A stretch of 48,490 nucleotides of DNA, taken from an uncultured Bacilli bacterium (GTDB lineage: Bacteria; Bacillota_I; Bacilli_A; RF39; UBA660). The position numbers were made by a program, and so were the translations under genes. Below are positions 17,944 through 26,256 of this stretch, in pieces. The stretch spans positions 1 through 48,490 of the forward strand of contig CANRDV010000002.1 of the NCBI GenBank assembly GCA_947629475.1, in the 5' to 3' direction. Position 1 is the first letter of the stretch; the number at the start of each line of letters is the position of its first letter. Under the pieces are notes generated by a model that had not been told where the DNA came from, did no database searches, and was given only the letters and a program-made list of their open reading frames with translations.

Positions 17944-18013
17944 ATTATTTTTCCTTTCTTTTAAAATTTGCTATTTACTTTTAAATTTGTTAAAATTAAT
18001 TTAGGTGATTGAA

Positions 18014-18508
18014 ATGGAATACTTTGATGTATATGATATTAATCGAAATAAATTAAATTATACAAAAATACGAGGCGAAGAATTACTTCCAAGTGAATAT
18101 AATGTTGGGGTTGAAATTTGGATATTCAATAATCATAAATTACTAATGACTAAGAGAAGTATCAATAAATCTCATCCTTTAGAATGGGAAGTTCCCGGAG
18201 GATGTTCTATTGTAAATGAAACAAGTCTTGATACTTTAATTCGGGAACTAAAAGAAGAATTAGGTATCATTATAACTAAAAATGAATGTAAATATTTAAC
18301 CACAACTATTTATAAACACCAATTTGTTGATATATACACAAGTAATCTTGAAATCAATTTAAATAAAGTAAACTTACAAGAAGTTGAAGTATCTGATGTT
18401 GCCTTTTTTACAAAAGAAGAATTTCTTAAGTTAGCTAAAGATAATAAAATTGTAAATTCTGTTTTTGATAGATATAACCTAATAAAAGATAAACTTAATA
18501 ATTATTAA
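18014..18508 (+). CDS. NUDIX hydrolase
   Basis: The Nudix box is GGCSIVNETSLDTLIRELKEELGI. The likely start is the ATG at 18014, behind AGGTGA. Confidence 0.8.
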   Translation: MEYFDVYDINRNKLNYTKIRGEELLPSEYNVGVEIWIFNNHKLLMTKRSINKSHPLEWEVPGGCSIVNETSLDTLIRELKEELGIIITKNECKYLTTTIYKHQFVDIYTSNLEINLNKVNLQEVEVSDVAFFTKEEFLKLAKDNKIVNSVFDRYNLIKDKLNNY

Positions 18509-18509
18509 T

Positions 18510-19613
18510 TTATTTACTTTCTATAACAATAACCGGAACCAGCATTTCTTCTTTAGTTATGCCACTATGATCTGCTTTTAATGGTTTAAACTTCGTATTT
18601 GTAATTGTATATCTAATATTTAAATTACTATTACCTATTAAGATAACATCTCCTAAATAACTATCAATTCTTTCATGTTTATTTCCAGAACCTAAAAGTT
18701 CTAATTTTAAAAACTCATCTTTATCATAAATTAGAAATTTATCTTGAAAATATTTCTTAATTAATTCTTTAAATAATTCCTTTTTATTATCTTTTAAGAA
18801 AATTGATACAAATCTTGATTCAATAGAAGGTGGTCTTTTTAAACAATCATCTATATCTTTATATTCATTTAAATAAACTTCTTCAATATCTAAAGCTCCA
18901 TGGTCAGCAGTAACAATAAAAATAGTATTAGAAAGTTCACTTGCTAACTTTTCTAAATTATCATTTATATTTTTTAGTTCCTTTTTTACTTCTTGACTAT
19001 TAATTCCATATTTATGAATTAAAGAATCAGGTTCAGTCCAATAAGCTGATACTAAATTTCTATTAGTATTATTACAAGCATTTCTTATGCCATCACATAT
19101 CTTTGTAAAAGAGTTTTCTTCTTTTTTAGAAAAATCTGGAAACACTTTAATGTATTTAACATCCTTATTTTTCTTTACAATTTTTTCATATATAGTTTCA
19201 TATTCTAAATCTTCTATTTTATCTACTACTTTTTCACCTGTATAAAAATCACATCCTGAAAAAAGTTCTATCATACGATCATATTCTTTAAAATAAGGCA
19301 TCCAACCTACCCATCCACTTTCATAAGGTGATAAACCCGAATGAATCGAAGTGGTTGCAACTGTTGTTGTAGGTGGGAAAACTGAAGTTACATTTGTTAA
19401 TAAATTTTCTTTTAAAAACTTTAATTCCTTACTATAAATTTCTAAAATATTACTACCTAAAGCATCCAATATTAAATAAACAACATTTTTATAATCATTA
19501 TCTAGTTTATTATCAAGTACATCTAAAGAAGAATATTTCCCTTTTAGTCCATATTTTTTTAAAATTGATGAACTAACTTGTAAAAGACATCTATCGTAAT
19601 CTGGTTTAAACAC
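18510..19613 (-). CDS. Alkaline-phosphatase-superfamily enzyme (phosphodiesterase / nucleotide pyrophosphatase-like)
   Basis: Metal-ligand blocks are LDALGSN, FPPTTTVATTSIHSG, VTADHG and ADHSG. Confidence 0.6.
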   Translation of the reverse strand: MFKPDYDRCLLQVSSSILKKYGLKGKYSSLDVLDNKLDNDYKNVVYLILDALGSNILEIYSKELKFLKENLLTNVTSVFPPTTTVATTSIHSGLSPYESGWVGWMPYFKEYDRMIELFSGCDFYTGEKVVDKIEDLEYETIYEKIVKKNKDVKYIKVFPDFSKKEENSFTKICDGIRNACNNTNRNLVSAYWTEPDSLIHKYGINSQEVKKELKNINDNLEKLASELSNTIFIVTADHGALDIEEVYLNEYKDIDDCLKRPPSIESRFVSIFLKDNKKELFKELIKKYFQDKFLIYDKDEFLKLELLGSGNKHERIDSYLGDVILIGNSNLNIRYTITNTKFKPLKADHSGITKEEMLVPVIVIESK

Positions 19614-19681
19614 ACTATCACCTCTTATTCCAATATTTCAATCCTTTTCTATTATATAAAACTGGTAGAAAAACTAAAAGT

Positions 19682-20413
19682 TTATTTTATCTTCTTTTCT
19701 TCTATATAATTTAACCATTTATTATAAAATTCATCAAAATTATTTATCTTTTCAATACCAACATTTAAAACATCTCTTATATCTACATTATGACAAATTT
19801 CAATATAATTCCAAATTTTTTCAAATATATCTGGTTTATTACACATTATTAAAGAATATATTGCATATAAACATGCTTCATCTAAATTAATTCCTAAATC
19901 ATTTTTTATATTATTAAAACTAACTTCATAAGTATCATATACTAGATCCGAATCATCATACTCAGGATTACCAACTTCTTCACAAGTGTAACTTGTATTA
20001 ATAATAGCTTCAAATAAAGTAATAACTTTACTATATTCTTTATATAGAATCAATTTTCTAATTAAATCATAAGTATTATCTAAAACAAATTCAAGTTCTG
20101 AAGAAGGATAATATACATAGTCTACATCAGCATCATAATAACTATAAGTACCTGTTTCATAAGAATAACTTTGAAAACATATTTCTCCATCTTCTATTTT
20201 TTTATAATCATCAAGTATCTTATTATATTCATTTAAAGTATCATCATCTAATTTAATTTTTTCACCTTTAAAATTTTTAATTTTACATATTATATATTCA
20301 TAATAGTTTACTGGCAAATTATCTACTAACTCTTTTATTAAATCTTTAATTTCAGAAATAGATAAATTTTCTAATTCTTTACTTAATTCTATTTCAAAAT
20401 TTTCTTTATCCAT
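19682..20413 (-). CDS. Hypothetical acidic 243-aa protein
   Basis: The ORF lies 26 nt downstream of UPF0158 copy 2. I recognised no motif. Confidence 0.55.
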   Translation of the reverse strand: MDKENFEIELSKELENLSISEIKDLIKELVDNLPVNYYEYIICKIKNFKGEKIKLDDDTLNEYNKILDDYKKIEDGEICFQSYSYETGTYSYYDADVDYVYYPSSELEFVLDNTYDLIRKLILYKEYSKVITLFEAIINTSYTCEEVGNPEYDDSDLVYDTYEVSFNNIKNDLGINLDEACLYAIYSLIMCNKPDIFEKIWNYIEICHNVDIRDVLNVGIEKINNFDEFYNKWLNYIEEKKIK

Positions 20414-20439
20414 TTTTCAAAAACTCCCTTACTCTAAAT

Positions 20440-20844
20440 CTAAATATATTCTATATCATTATCTTTGCACCATTCTATAGCAAGTTCCCTGTATTTTTCA
20501 TCTCTAAATTTATACCAATCATCAATAATATCAAAATTAATACAAGTATCTTTAAATCTTCTAAAGGCTCCTTTACCATTTATTGCTATATATAACTGAT
20601 TATATAATCTTTCATCCTCTATCGTATCAATAAATTCTGCCATCATACTATATTCATCAATATAATACTTTGTTGGTAAACTTATATATTCTTCATATAT
20701 TCTTTCTTTTTCTTCTTCACTGATATCAATGTAATCATCTATGTAAACAATTTTCAAATTTTCTGGATTTAAATAAGCAGTTGTATCCATTCCTAAATTA
20801 ACAAATTCTAAAGCATCTATTATATCATTTAATTTTACTTTCAT
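20440..20844 (-). CDS. UPF0158-family protein, copy 2
   Basis: My manual alignment gives about 17 mismatches over 405 nt against 3520-3924. SD AGGAGAAG is present. Confidence 0.7.
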   Translation of the reverse strand: MKVKLNDIIDALEFVNLGMDTTAYLNPENLKIVYIDDYIDISEEEKERIYEEYISLPTKYYIDEYSMMAEFIDTIEDERLYNQLYIAINGKGAFRRFKDTCINFDIIDDWYKFRDEKYRELAIEWCKDNDIEYI

Positions 20845-20855
20845 AACTTCTTCTC

Positions 20856-21452
20856 CTACTTTACTTCATAGGCATTCTTTATTAAAAGAATTAAGCCTTT
20901 TAAATTTTTATTATCTGTTTTTATATTATATTTTCGATAATCATATTTTTTACTAGTTTCATATCCAGGCGTAAAATGACTATTAGAATATCCTAATTTA
21001 TCAGTTTCTAATACTATCTCTTTTAATTCAATGCAAGATAGATCATCTAACATTCCTAATCCTTCACCTTCTACTATATAAGGATATTTTTGAGCATCAC
21101 TATATTTTTCTAAGAAAGCCTCTCCTAAATAAGTAATTTCAAAGGTTGTTGGGGAACCATAATCATATTCCATTTCCATTGTATCATTTTCTTTTAGCTT
21201 AAGACTACTTAATTTTGTAGTAACTGCATTAAGTAACTTTTCATAATCAGGATTTTCTCTTGGACAAATCCAACAATCATATATATTATCTTTATAAGTT
21301 ATGTCATATAAATGATATGCTAATGAATTAAAAGATGCTAAGATTGTATAAGCTAAATCTGCAATTGTCATTCTATCAGTTATTTCAATAACCCTCCATA
21401 TTTTATTTTCTAACCCTTCTATTCCAACTTTAAATTTTAATACTTTATCCAT
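20856..21452 (-). CDS. pRiA4b ORF-3-like domain protein
   Basis: The N-terminus FKVGIEGLENKIWRVIEITDRMTIADLAYTILASFNSLAYHLYDI matches the characteristic start of the PRiA4_ORF3 domain (..L.G..P.IWRr..vp...tl.dLh..Iq.amgw...HL..F). Confidence 0.6.
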   Translation of the reverse strand: MDKVLKFKVGIEGLENKIWRVIEITDRMTIADLAYTILASFNSLAYHLYDITYKDNIYDCWICPRENPDYEKLLNAVTTKLSSLKLKENDTMEMEYDYGSPTTFEITYLGEAFLEKYSDAQKYPYIVEGEGLGMLDDLSCIELKEIVLETDKLGYSNSHFTPGYETSKKYDYRKYNIKTDNKNLKGLILLIKNAYEVK

Positions 21453-21494
21453 TCTTTACCTCCACTTTTTAACTATTATTTAAAATTATGATTC

Positions 21495-22358
21495 CTAATC
21501 ACTTAAATTTTCTGTAATACTAATAAAGAAATCACTATTCCACATATCTAAACTATCTACATCTTTAATAAATGGTATAACATCTTCTTTAGCAGCTTGA
21601 TAATCTATTTCTTTAAATTTCTTAATTAATAATTGTTTTAATGTATTTATATCAAAATTACTATTAGAATCAAGATAATTTGAAGCAATTAATTTATTTT
21701 TAACTAATTCTAAATTAACTTTAGTATCATTAGCTAAAAAGAATATATAGTCATATAAATCCCTTCCCTTAATTCGATTATTCCAACTTCTACATAAAAT
21801 AGCATGGATTTTTCCAGCGAATAAAGATTCTTTATCATATAATTTTATTTGATGAGGACTTGGCAATAATTTATATTGATCTTCATAAGTAGCACCACTA
21901 GGTGGATTAACATCTACTTCAAATTTTATTTTGATACTTTTTAGTATATGATCATATCCATGACTAGTTTCATTTGGAAAAAATTTTAATATTAATTCTA
22001 AAGTATCACCTTTCACAAAAGCCGTAGATATATTAGAAATATTATTTTTAATTTTACCATTAATCTCTAAATTTAATCCATAAGCATTTAATTCCTTTTT
22101 AATATAAATAAAATATTTACTTAAATCAAAATCTTTATTTGGAGAAGTTAAAGCAAAATCTAAATCTTCAGAAAATCTATCTAAATTATAAAAAATTCTA
22201 AGAGCCGAACCTCCATAAAAGGCTACTTCTTTAAAAAAGTTTCCTCTTGATAAACCAGATAAAATTATTTCTTGAATAATTTCTTTTAAAGCATTTATCT
22301 CATCATTTGTATTTTTAATTTCATATTTTGATAGCATTTGGCTAATTATATTATTCAT
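21495..22358 (-). CDS. abiEii: AbiEii/AbiGii-family nucleotidyltransferase toxin (type IV TA)
   Basis: The motif is FYGGSALRIFYNLDRFSEDLDFAL. The gene overlaps the upstream AbiEi gene by 8 nt. Confidence 0.8.
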   Translation of the reverse strand: MNNIISQMLSKYEIKNTNDEINALKEIIQEIILSGLSRGNFFKEVAFYGGSALRIFYNLDRFSEDLDFALTSPNKDFDLSKYFIYIKKELNAYGLNLEINGKIKNNISNISTAFVKGDTLELILKFFPNETSHGYDHILKSIKIKFEVDVNPPSGATYEDQYKLLPSPHQIKLYDKESLFAGKIHAILCRSWNNRIKGRDLYDYIFFLANDTKVNLELVKNKLIASNYLDSNSNFDINTLKQLLIKKFKEIDYQAAKEDVIPFIKDVDSLDMWNSDFFISITENLSD

Positions 22359-22941
22359 TTATTTTCCTCCTCATATATTTAGCTAATAACTTGATATTAG
22401 TAGAATGATATAAGTTACTTAATTTTTCTATTTTTTCAACATTTAATTTATTAAATTCATAAATATCTATTCTTAAATCATCAAACAACATATGTTCTAA
22501 TTCAGAATAACTATTCAACGGATTTAAAGTATACATTTTATCACATAATGATTTTTCAGGAGATGCTATTTGATAAAAATAATTATTTTCTTCTTTTAAA
22601 ATTATTTCTTCTGGATAAGCAAGTTTAGGAACATCCCTATATGTAAATACTCCAAACTTTGTATTAAATACTTTTTTCTTTTTTTTATCAAAAGTTGCAC
22701 AGGTTATTGTATCTACTCGTTCAGGAATTAATTGATAAAAAGATAGGGCATATTCAAAGGAAATATAAGATGGTCCATAAATACTTCCAGCTAGTAAGTA
22801 TCCTTTAGTTGTTGGATCTGTTTCATATAAACCATTTACAATTTTTGTTAATTTTCTATCTCTAACTTCTCTTGATAACTTGGTATTTTTATTTGAATAT
22901 TTTGCTAAATTATTTTTAGCTAAATCATTAGTAATTATCAT
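22351..22941 (-). CDS. abiEi: AbiEi-family antitoxin / transcriptional regulator
   Basis: The position, the 196-aa size and the KLTKIVNGLYE block support the call. The likely start is the ATG at 22941 (MIITND), behind AGGTGA. Confidence 0.7.
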   Translation of the reverse strand: MIITNDLAKNNLAKYSNKNTKLSREVRDRKLTKIVNGLYETDPTTKGYLLAGSIYGPSYISFEYALSFYQLIPERVDTITCATFDKKKKKVFNTKFGVFTYRDVPKLAYPEEIILKEENNYFYQIASPEKSLCDKMYTLNPLNSYSELEHMLFDDLRIDIYEFNKLNVEKIEKLSNLYHSTNIKLLAKYMRRKINE

Positions 22942-22942
22942 A

Positions 22943-22989
22943 TTTTCACCTCTTTTTATCATTATATGATAATTTCAGGTGAAAATCAA
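22943..22989 (-). promoter_or_regulatory. abiE promoter with nested inverted repeats (putative AbiEi operator)
   Basis: On the minus strand the -35 is TTGATT (22984-22989), the spacer is 17 bp and the -10 is TATAAT (22961-22966). Inverted-repeat arms ttttcacct (22943-22951) and aggtgaaaa (22977-22985) flank the inner palindrome ttatcat-tat-atgataa over the -10. Confidence 0.55.
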
Positions 22990-23071
22990 GCATTTTTTTT
23001 AAAAAATAATTTAATGACAAAATAAAAGGCTCTACAATTTCTAGTGGGGTGACCAATTGGCTTCAAATCCA

Positions 23072-23122
23072 TATAAAATAAGGGAAAAATTAAAGTTTTC
23101 AGTAACTTAAAAATTTTCCCTT
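23072..23122 (-). terminator. Terminator-like hairpin after the ISL3 transposase gene
   Basis: The stem aagggaaaa / ttttccctt (23080-23088 and 23114-23122) is 9 bp, followed by AUUUUAU on the minus strand. Confidence 0.4.
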
Positions 23123-23164
23123 ATTTTTTTCACCTTTTTATTCTAATTTCTAAAAAAAATATAT

Positions 23165-24562
23165 TCATCGTTTCTTATCTTTTTTAGAAAAAACTTTTCT
23201 ATCACTTGAGTAACTTTGATGTAAAATTGCTAATGCTCTTAATCTAAAAAATTTAAAATTTTTATATCCAAAACTCCTATCTACTATTTTATCAATTATG
23301 TTATTATTTGCTTCTGTAAATCCATTTGAATATCTTTCATCTAGAAAAGAATTTACTATCGGATCTAACCAATTTTCTATTGTTTTTGAAGCTTCAATCA
23401 TTTCTGGTATTTTACTATCCTTACACTTTTTAATCCAATTCTGTATTTCTTCTTTGGCATTTTCATATTTTACATTATATACAATTCTTAAGAATTCCTC
23501 TTTTAAAGTATAAGCAACTTGTAAATCTTTATCTACACCTAGAATTTCATTTAATCTATCTATTCTATATATTTCTACCATTTTATTATTTATTTTAACT
23601 TTTATTTTACTATACCAATAATCATTATATTTATCAACTGGTTTCTTTTTTGTTAATCCTTTATTATATCTTTCTTCTAATTCTTCTCTTTTTTTCCTTT
23701 CTACTTTAGTTTCATTAAATGATTTCAATAGTAAACCTGTATTAAATCTATTTTTTACTATTTTATAATTTTTAGACTTCTTATCATTTTCATATTCATG
23801 TACCAATCTTATTCTAATTTTATCTAGACCTTTCGAAACATAACTGATATAATGAAATGGGTCGGCTACAAAAATTGCGTTCGGAAAACAAATTTTTACG
23901 ACCTCGTAATATGTTTTGTATAAATCACATATTACTGCTTTTACAGATGCTCTATTATTTACTTTAGAAAAGTATTTCAATAGAGCTTCTTTTCTTCTTG
24001 ATGGTAATATATCTAAAGTTACTCTATGTATTGGATCATTTAAAATAACAGAATACACTCCTTCTTCTGTATAGGTTGATACTTCATCTAAAGATATTAC
24101 TTCTGGTAAATTCTTTACTTCATCAGGATAATTTTTCATTGCCTCCAAAAATATCGCTCTTACTGTTGTTTCTGATACTTTATTATCAATAGAAATTTGT
24201 TTTATTGTTTTATCTCGATTTAAACAATCTTTTAGTATCAATTGCTTTAACTTTAATGAAACCGATTGATTCTTATTAGTTAATCCTAAATCTTCTGTAA
24301 ATGATTTATTACAAACCTTACATTCAAATCGTCTTTTATAAACTATTAAGTTGGTATGTTGCTCTGATGTTTTTAAGTAATTAACTTTGCTTGGTTTCAA
24401 GTAATCATGTATCTTATCGCTAAAATTATTGCAATATGGACATCTTACTTTTTTCTTTTTACTTTTTACATGAATATTTATTTCTCCTTTCTCTTCTTCA
24501 ATTTTGGTAATGTCTATACTTGAATCTAATTTTAATAGACATCTCATTTCTTCTTTTTTCAT
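23165..24562 (-). CDS. ISL3-family transposase
   Basis: The N-terminal zinc finger is CPYCNNFSDKIHDY...CKVCNKSF, followed by the ISL3 HTH and DDE regions. The protein is 465 aa. Confidence 0.9.
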   Translation of the reverse strand: MKKEEMRCLLKLDSSIDITKIEEEKGEINIHVKSKKKKVRCPYCNNFSDKIHDYLKPSKVNYLKTSEQHTNLIVYKRRFECKVCNKSFTEDLGLTNKNQSVSLKLKQLILKDCLNRDKTIKQISIDNKVSETTVRAIFLEAMKNYPDEVKNLPEVISLDEVSTYTEEGVYSVILNDPIHRVTLDILPSRRKEALLKYFSKVNNRASVKAVICDLYKTYYEVVKICFPNAIFVADPFHYISYVSKGLDKIRIRLVHEYENDKKSKNYKIVKNRFNTGLLLKSFNETKVERKKREELEERYNKGLTKKKPVDKYNDYWYSKIKVKINNKMVEIYRIDRLNEILGVDKDLQVAYTLKEEFLRIVYNVKYENAKEEIQNWIKKCKDSKIPEMIEASKTIENWLDPIVNSFLDERYSNGFTEANNNIIDKIVDRSFGYKNFKFFRLRALAILHQSYSSDRKVFSKKDKKR

Positions 24563-24642
24563 ACAACCTCTTTCTGTAACATCTATCTAGTGTTACTATA
24601 AAATTATCTCAAAAAAAAGAACTTATTGAAAGTCCTATTTTT

Positions 24643-24760
24643 CGTCTTGCCAGACAGGCTTTACTTTCTTTTACGGAAAAGAAAGTAAACAAAGAAGCCG
24701 AGAAGGGCATTATATATATGTCTCCGACGGCACTTTCTTTAAAAGAAAGTGGAAAGAATA
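24643..24760 (-). repeat. Double-hairpin module (two units) in the 5' leader region of the ISL3 transposase gene
   Basis: This is the reverse-complement homolog of 7835-7958. The AT hairpins are tactttctttt..aaaagaaagta and cactttctt..aagaaagtg. The GC hairpins are gtct-tgcc-agac (24644-24655) and gtc-tcc-gac (24720-24728). Confidence 0.7.
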
Positions 24761-24816
24761 ATTTTTTAAAATTTTTAAAGATATCTTATCTATATTAAAA
24801 TTTGTATATCAATCAA

Positions 24817-24976
24817 TACCCCAATAGAAATTGTAGAATTTTAAAAAAGCAACCCCAGCAAAAGGTGTAGTTTTTTCAAACTATCACCCCACTAGATATT
24901 GTTGCTTTTTTATTTTTTACCCCACTAAAAATCGTAAAGGGGGGAATTATTTCACCCCACTAAAAGTTGTAGAGCC
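24817..24976 (-). repeat. Five tandem repeats of about 34 bp, each carrying an ISL3 IR-like core
   Basis: Cores start at 24817 (taccccaatagaaattgtag), 24851 (aaccccagcaaaaggtgtag), 24885 (caccccactagatattgttg), 24918 (taccccactaaaaatcgtaa) and 24953 (caccccactaaaagttgtag). The last one is the terminal inverted repeat. Confidence 0.65.
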
Positions 24977-24980
24977 GAAA

Positions 24981-25000
24981 AAAATCAGTTTCCTGATTTT
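24981..25000 (-). terminator. Terminator hairpin of the 25005-25292 gene
   Basis: The hairpin is aaaatcag-tttc-ctgatttt. The U run runs on from the stem on the minus strand. Confidence 0.45.
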
Positions 25001-25004
25001 AATC

Positions 25005-25292
25005 TTAAATTTTAAATTTTGGACTTTCAGAAGCTTTTTCAATAGTATCTTCTACAAAAGTATCTCTTAAGAACTGTGGCTTTTTACTTGCTTCTTCTTG
25101 CTTTGTTCTATTTAAATACGCATACATTTGACACTCAATTTCTAAATAAACTTTTATAAAATCTGAACCAAATGCTGACACACTAAGTCTTTGTCCACTT
25201 AAATATAATTTTGTTGCTTCCATAACCATTGGATTTGGATGGTTTATAACTTCTTCAATATGTCTAGCAGTTTTTAAACTTTCTAAATTCAT
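25005..25292 (-). CDS. Hypothetical 95-aa protein
   Basis: An ORF with its own terminator. I recognised no motif. Confidence 0.45.
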   Translation of the reverse strand: MNLESLKTARHIEEVINHPNPMVMEATKLYLSGQRLSVSAFGSDFIKVYLEIECQMYAYLNRTKQEEASKKPQFLRDTFVEDTIEKASESPKFKI

Positions 25293-25390
25293 TTTAACAC
25301 TCCTTTACTATCTTTAATATATCATATCTTTTTTAGATTTTAATAAAATATTTTTAAAATTTTACAAATGTTTACAAAAAAAGATGATTA

Positions 25391-26014
25391 TTATAAATCA
25401 CCTAGTTTTTGACCAATTACTTTAAGAGGGTCAACATTAACTCCATTTTTATATATTTCTAAATGTAAATGATTTCCCAAAGATTCGTTGATTTTATTAG
25501 TTCCACTCATACCAATCTTCGTTCCTTGTGTGATAGCTTCTCCTTTTTGAACACTTATTTCACTTAACCCTGCATATGATGAAACAAATTCATTTTCGTG
25601 TCTTACCTCAACAATTTTTCCTAGTAATTCATCTTCTTTAATATCAATTACGGTTCCATCTAAAATTGATGTAACTTCAAATTTCTCTTCATTTACATAG
25701 TCAATTCCTGTATTTGGCATATAAGTATTATCATAGTAAACAACTGATTCTTTTTGTCTATCAATATCATCTTCTGCATTATAAAAGTATCTTTTTATTT
25801 TAACACTTTCTAAAACATAAGGATTACTAACGGTTGCTTCTGTATTTACAACGGGAACAATATCTCCTAGAATAACTGATGAAACATAAGTAACATCACT
25901 TAAAGAATCTTCTAAATCACTTTTCATAGCCCTACTTGTAAAGAATAGTCCTAAAATAAGCATTAATATTAAAGAAATATATAAAACAGGAAATACAAAT
26001 GGTTTTAATTTCAT
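25391..26014 (-). CDS. Membrane-anchored LytM/M23-domain protein with degenerate active site (SpoIIQ-like)
   Basis: There is an N-terminal transmembrane segment. The HxH motif is intact (GNHLHLEIY), but the HxxxD position reads NTGID and the YAHL position reads YAGL. Confidence 0.65.
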   Translation of the reverse strand: MKLKPFVFPVLYISLILMLILGLFFTSRAMKSDLEDSLSDVTYVSSVILGDIVPVVNTEATVSNPYVLESVKIKRYFYNAEDDIDRQKESVVYYDNTYMPNTGIDYVNEEKFEVTSILDGTVIDIKEDELLGKIVEVRHENEFVSSYAGLSEISVQKGEAITQGTKIGMSGTNKINESLGNHLHLEIYKNGVNVDPLKVIGQKLGDL

Positions 26015-26064
26015 ATTTTCACCTCATTTAAAGTATTTCCTGTTAATCATTTTTTATACATTTT

Positions 26065-26256
26065 TTAAAATATTTTTATATAGATAAAATCATAAATAAA
26101 GTTAGTAACTAAGTATACAATAGATAATAATATTAAGAAATAAGCAACTCTTGCTTTAACAACTTGTCCTTTTTTAAAAATAGCATTTATGTTTATTCCA
26201 TCCATTGCCCAAGTAGTTAAAATAGTTACTAAAACATATAATACAAACTTAGTCAT
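26065..26256 (-). CDS. Small two-transmembrane-segment membrane protein (YwzB/DUF1146-like)
   Basis: The protein is 63 aa with two hydrophobic segments around MDGININAIFKKGQVVKAR. The family call is from memory. Confidence 0.45.
   Translation of the reverse strand: MTKFVLYVLVTILTTWAMDGININAIFKKGQVVKARVAYFLILLSIVYLVTNFIYDFIYIKIF

Larger units (their letters stand above)
23028..24976 (-). mobile_element. Complete ISL3-family insertion sequence (about 1.95 kb)
   Basis: The terminal inverted repeats are GGCTCTACAATTTCTAGTGGGGTGA (23028-23052) and the reverse complement of tcaccccactaaaagttgtagagcc (24952-24976). The flanking 8-mers aaataaaa and gaaaaaaa match at only 6 of 8 positions. Confidence 0.75.

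Noticed and set aside
17944-18013. A T-box or other leader upstream of trpS.
   Set aside because: Only about 60-70 nt separate trpS from the divergent NUDIX gene. That is too short for a T-box, and no specifier or antiterminator elements are visible.
7835-24760. The inverted double-hairpin modules as the ends of a 17-kb invertible segment or composite transposon.
   Set aside because: One copy is internal to a complete ISL3 element, not at a segment boundary. The enclosed DNA includes housekeeping-type genes (helD, trpS). No recombinase is associated with it. Homologous recombination between the copies could still invert the segment, but nothing in the sequence shows that this happens.
23020-24984. 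An 8-bp target-site duplication for the ISL3 element.
   Set aside because: The flanking octamers aaataaaa and gaaaaaaa match at only 6 of 8 positions in A-rich sequence. This is not convincing. The flanks may have been rearranged after insertion.
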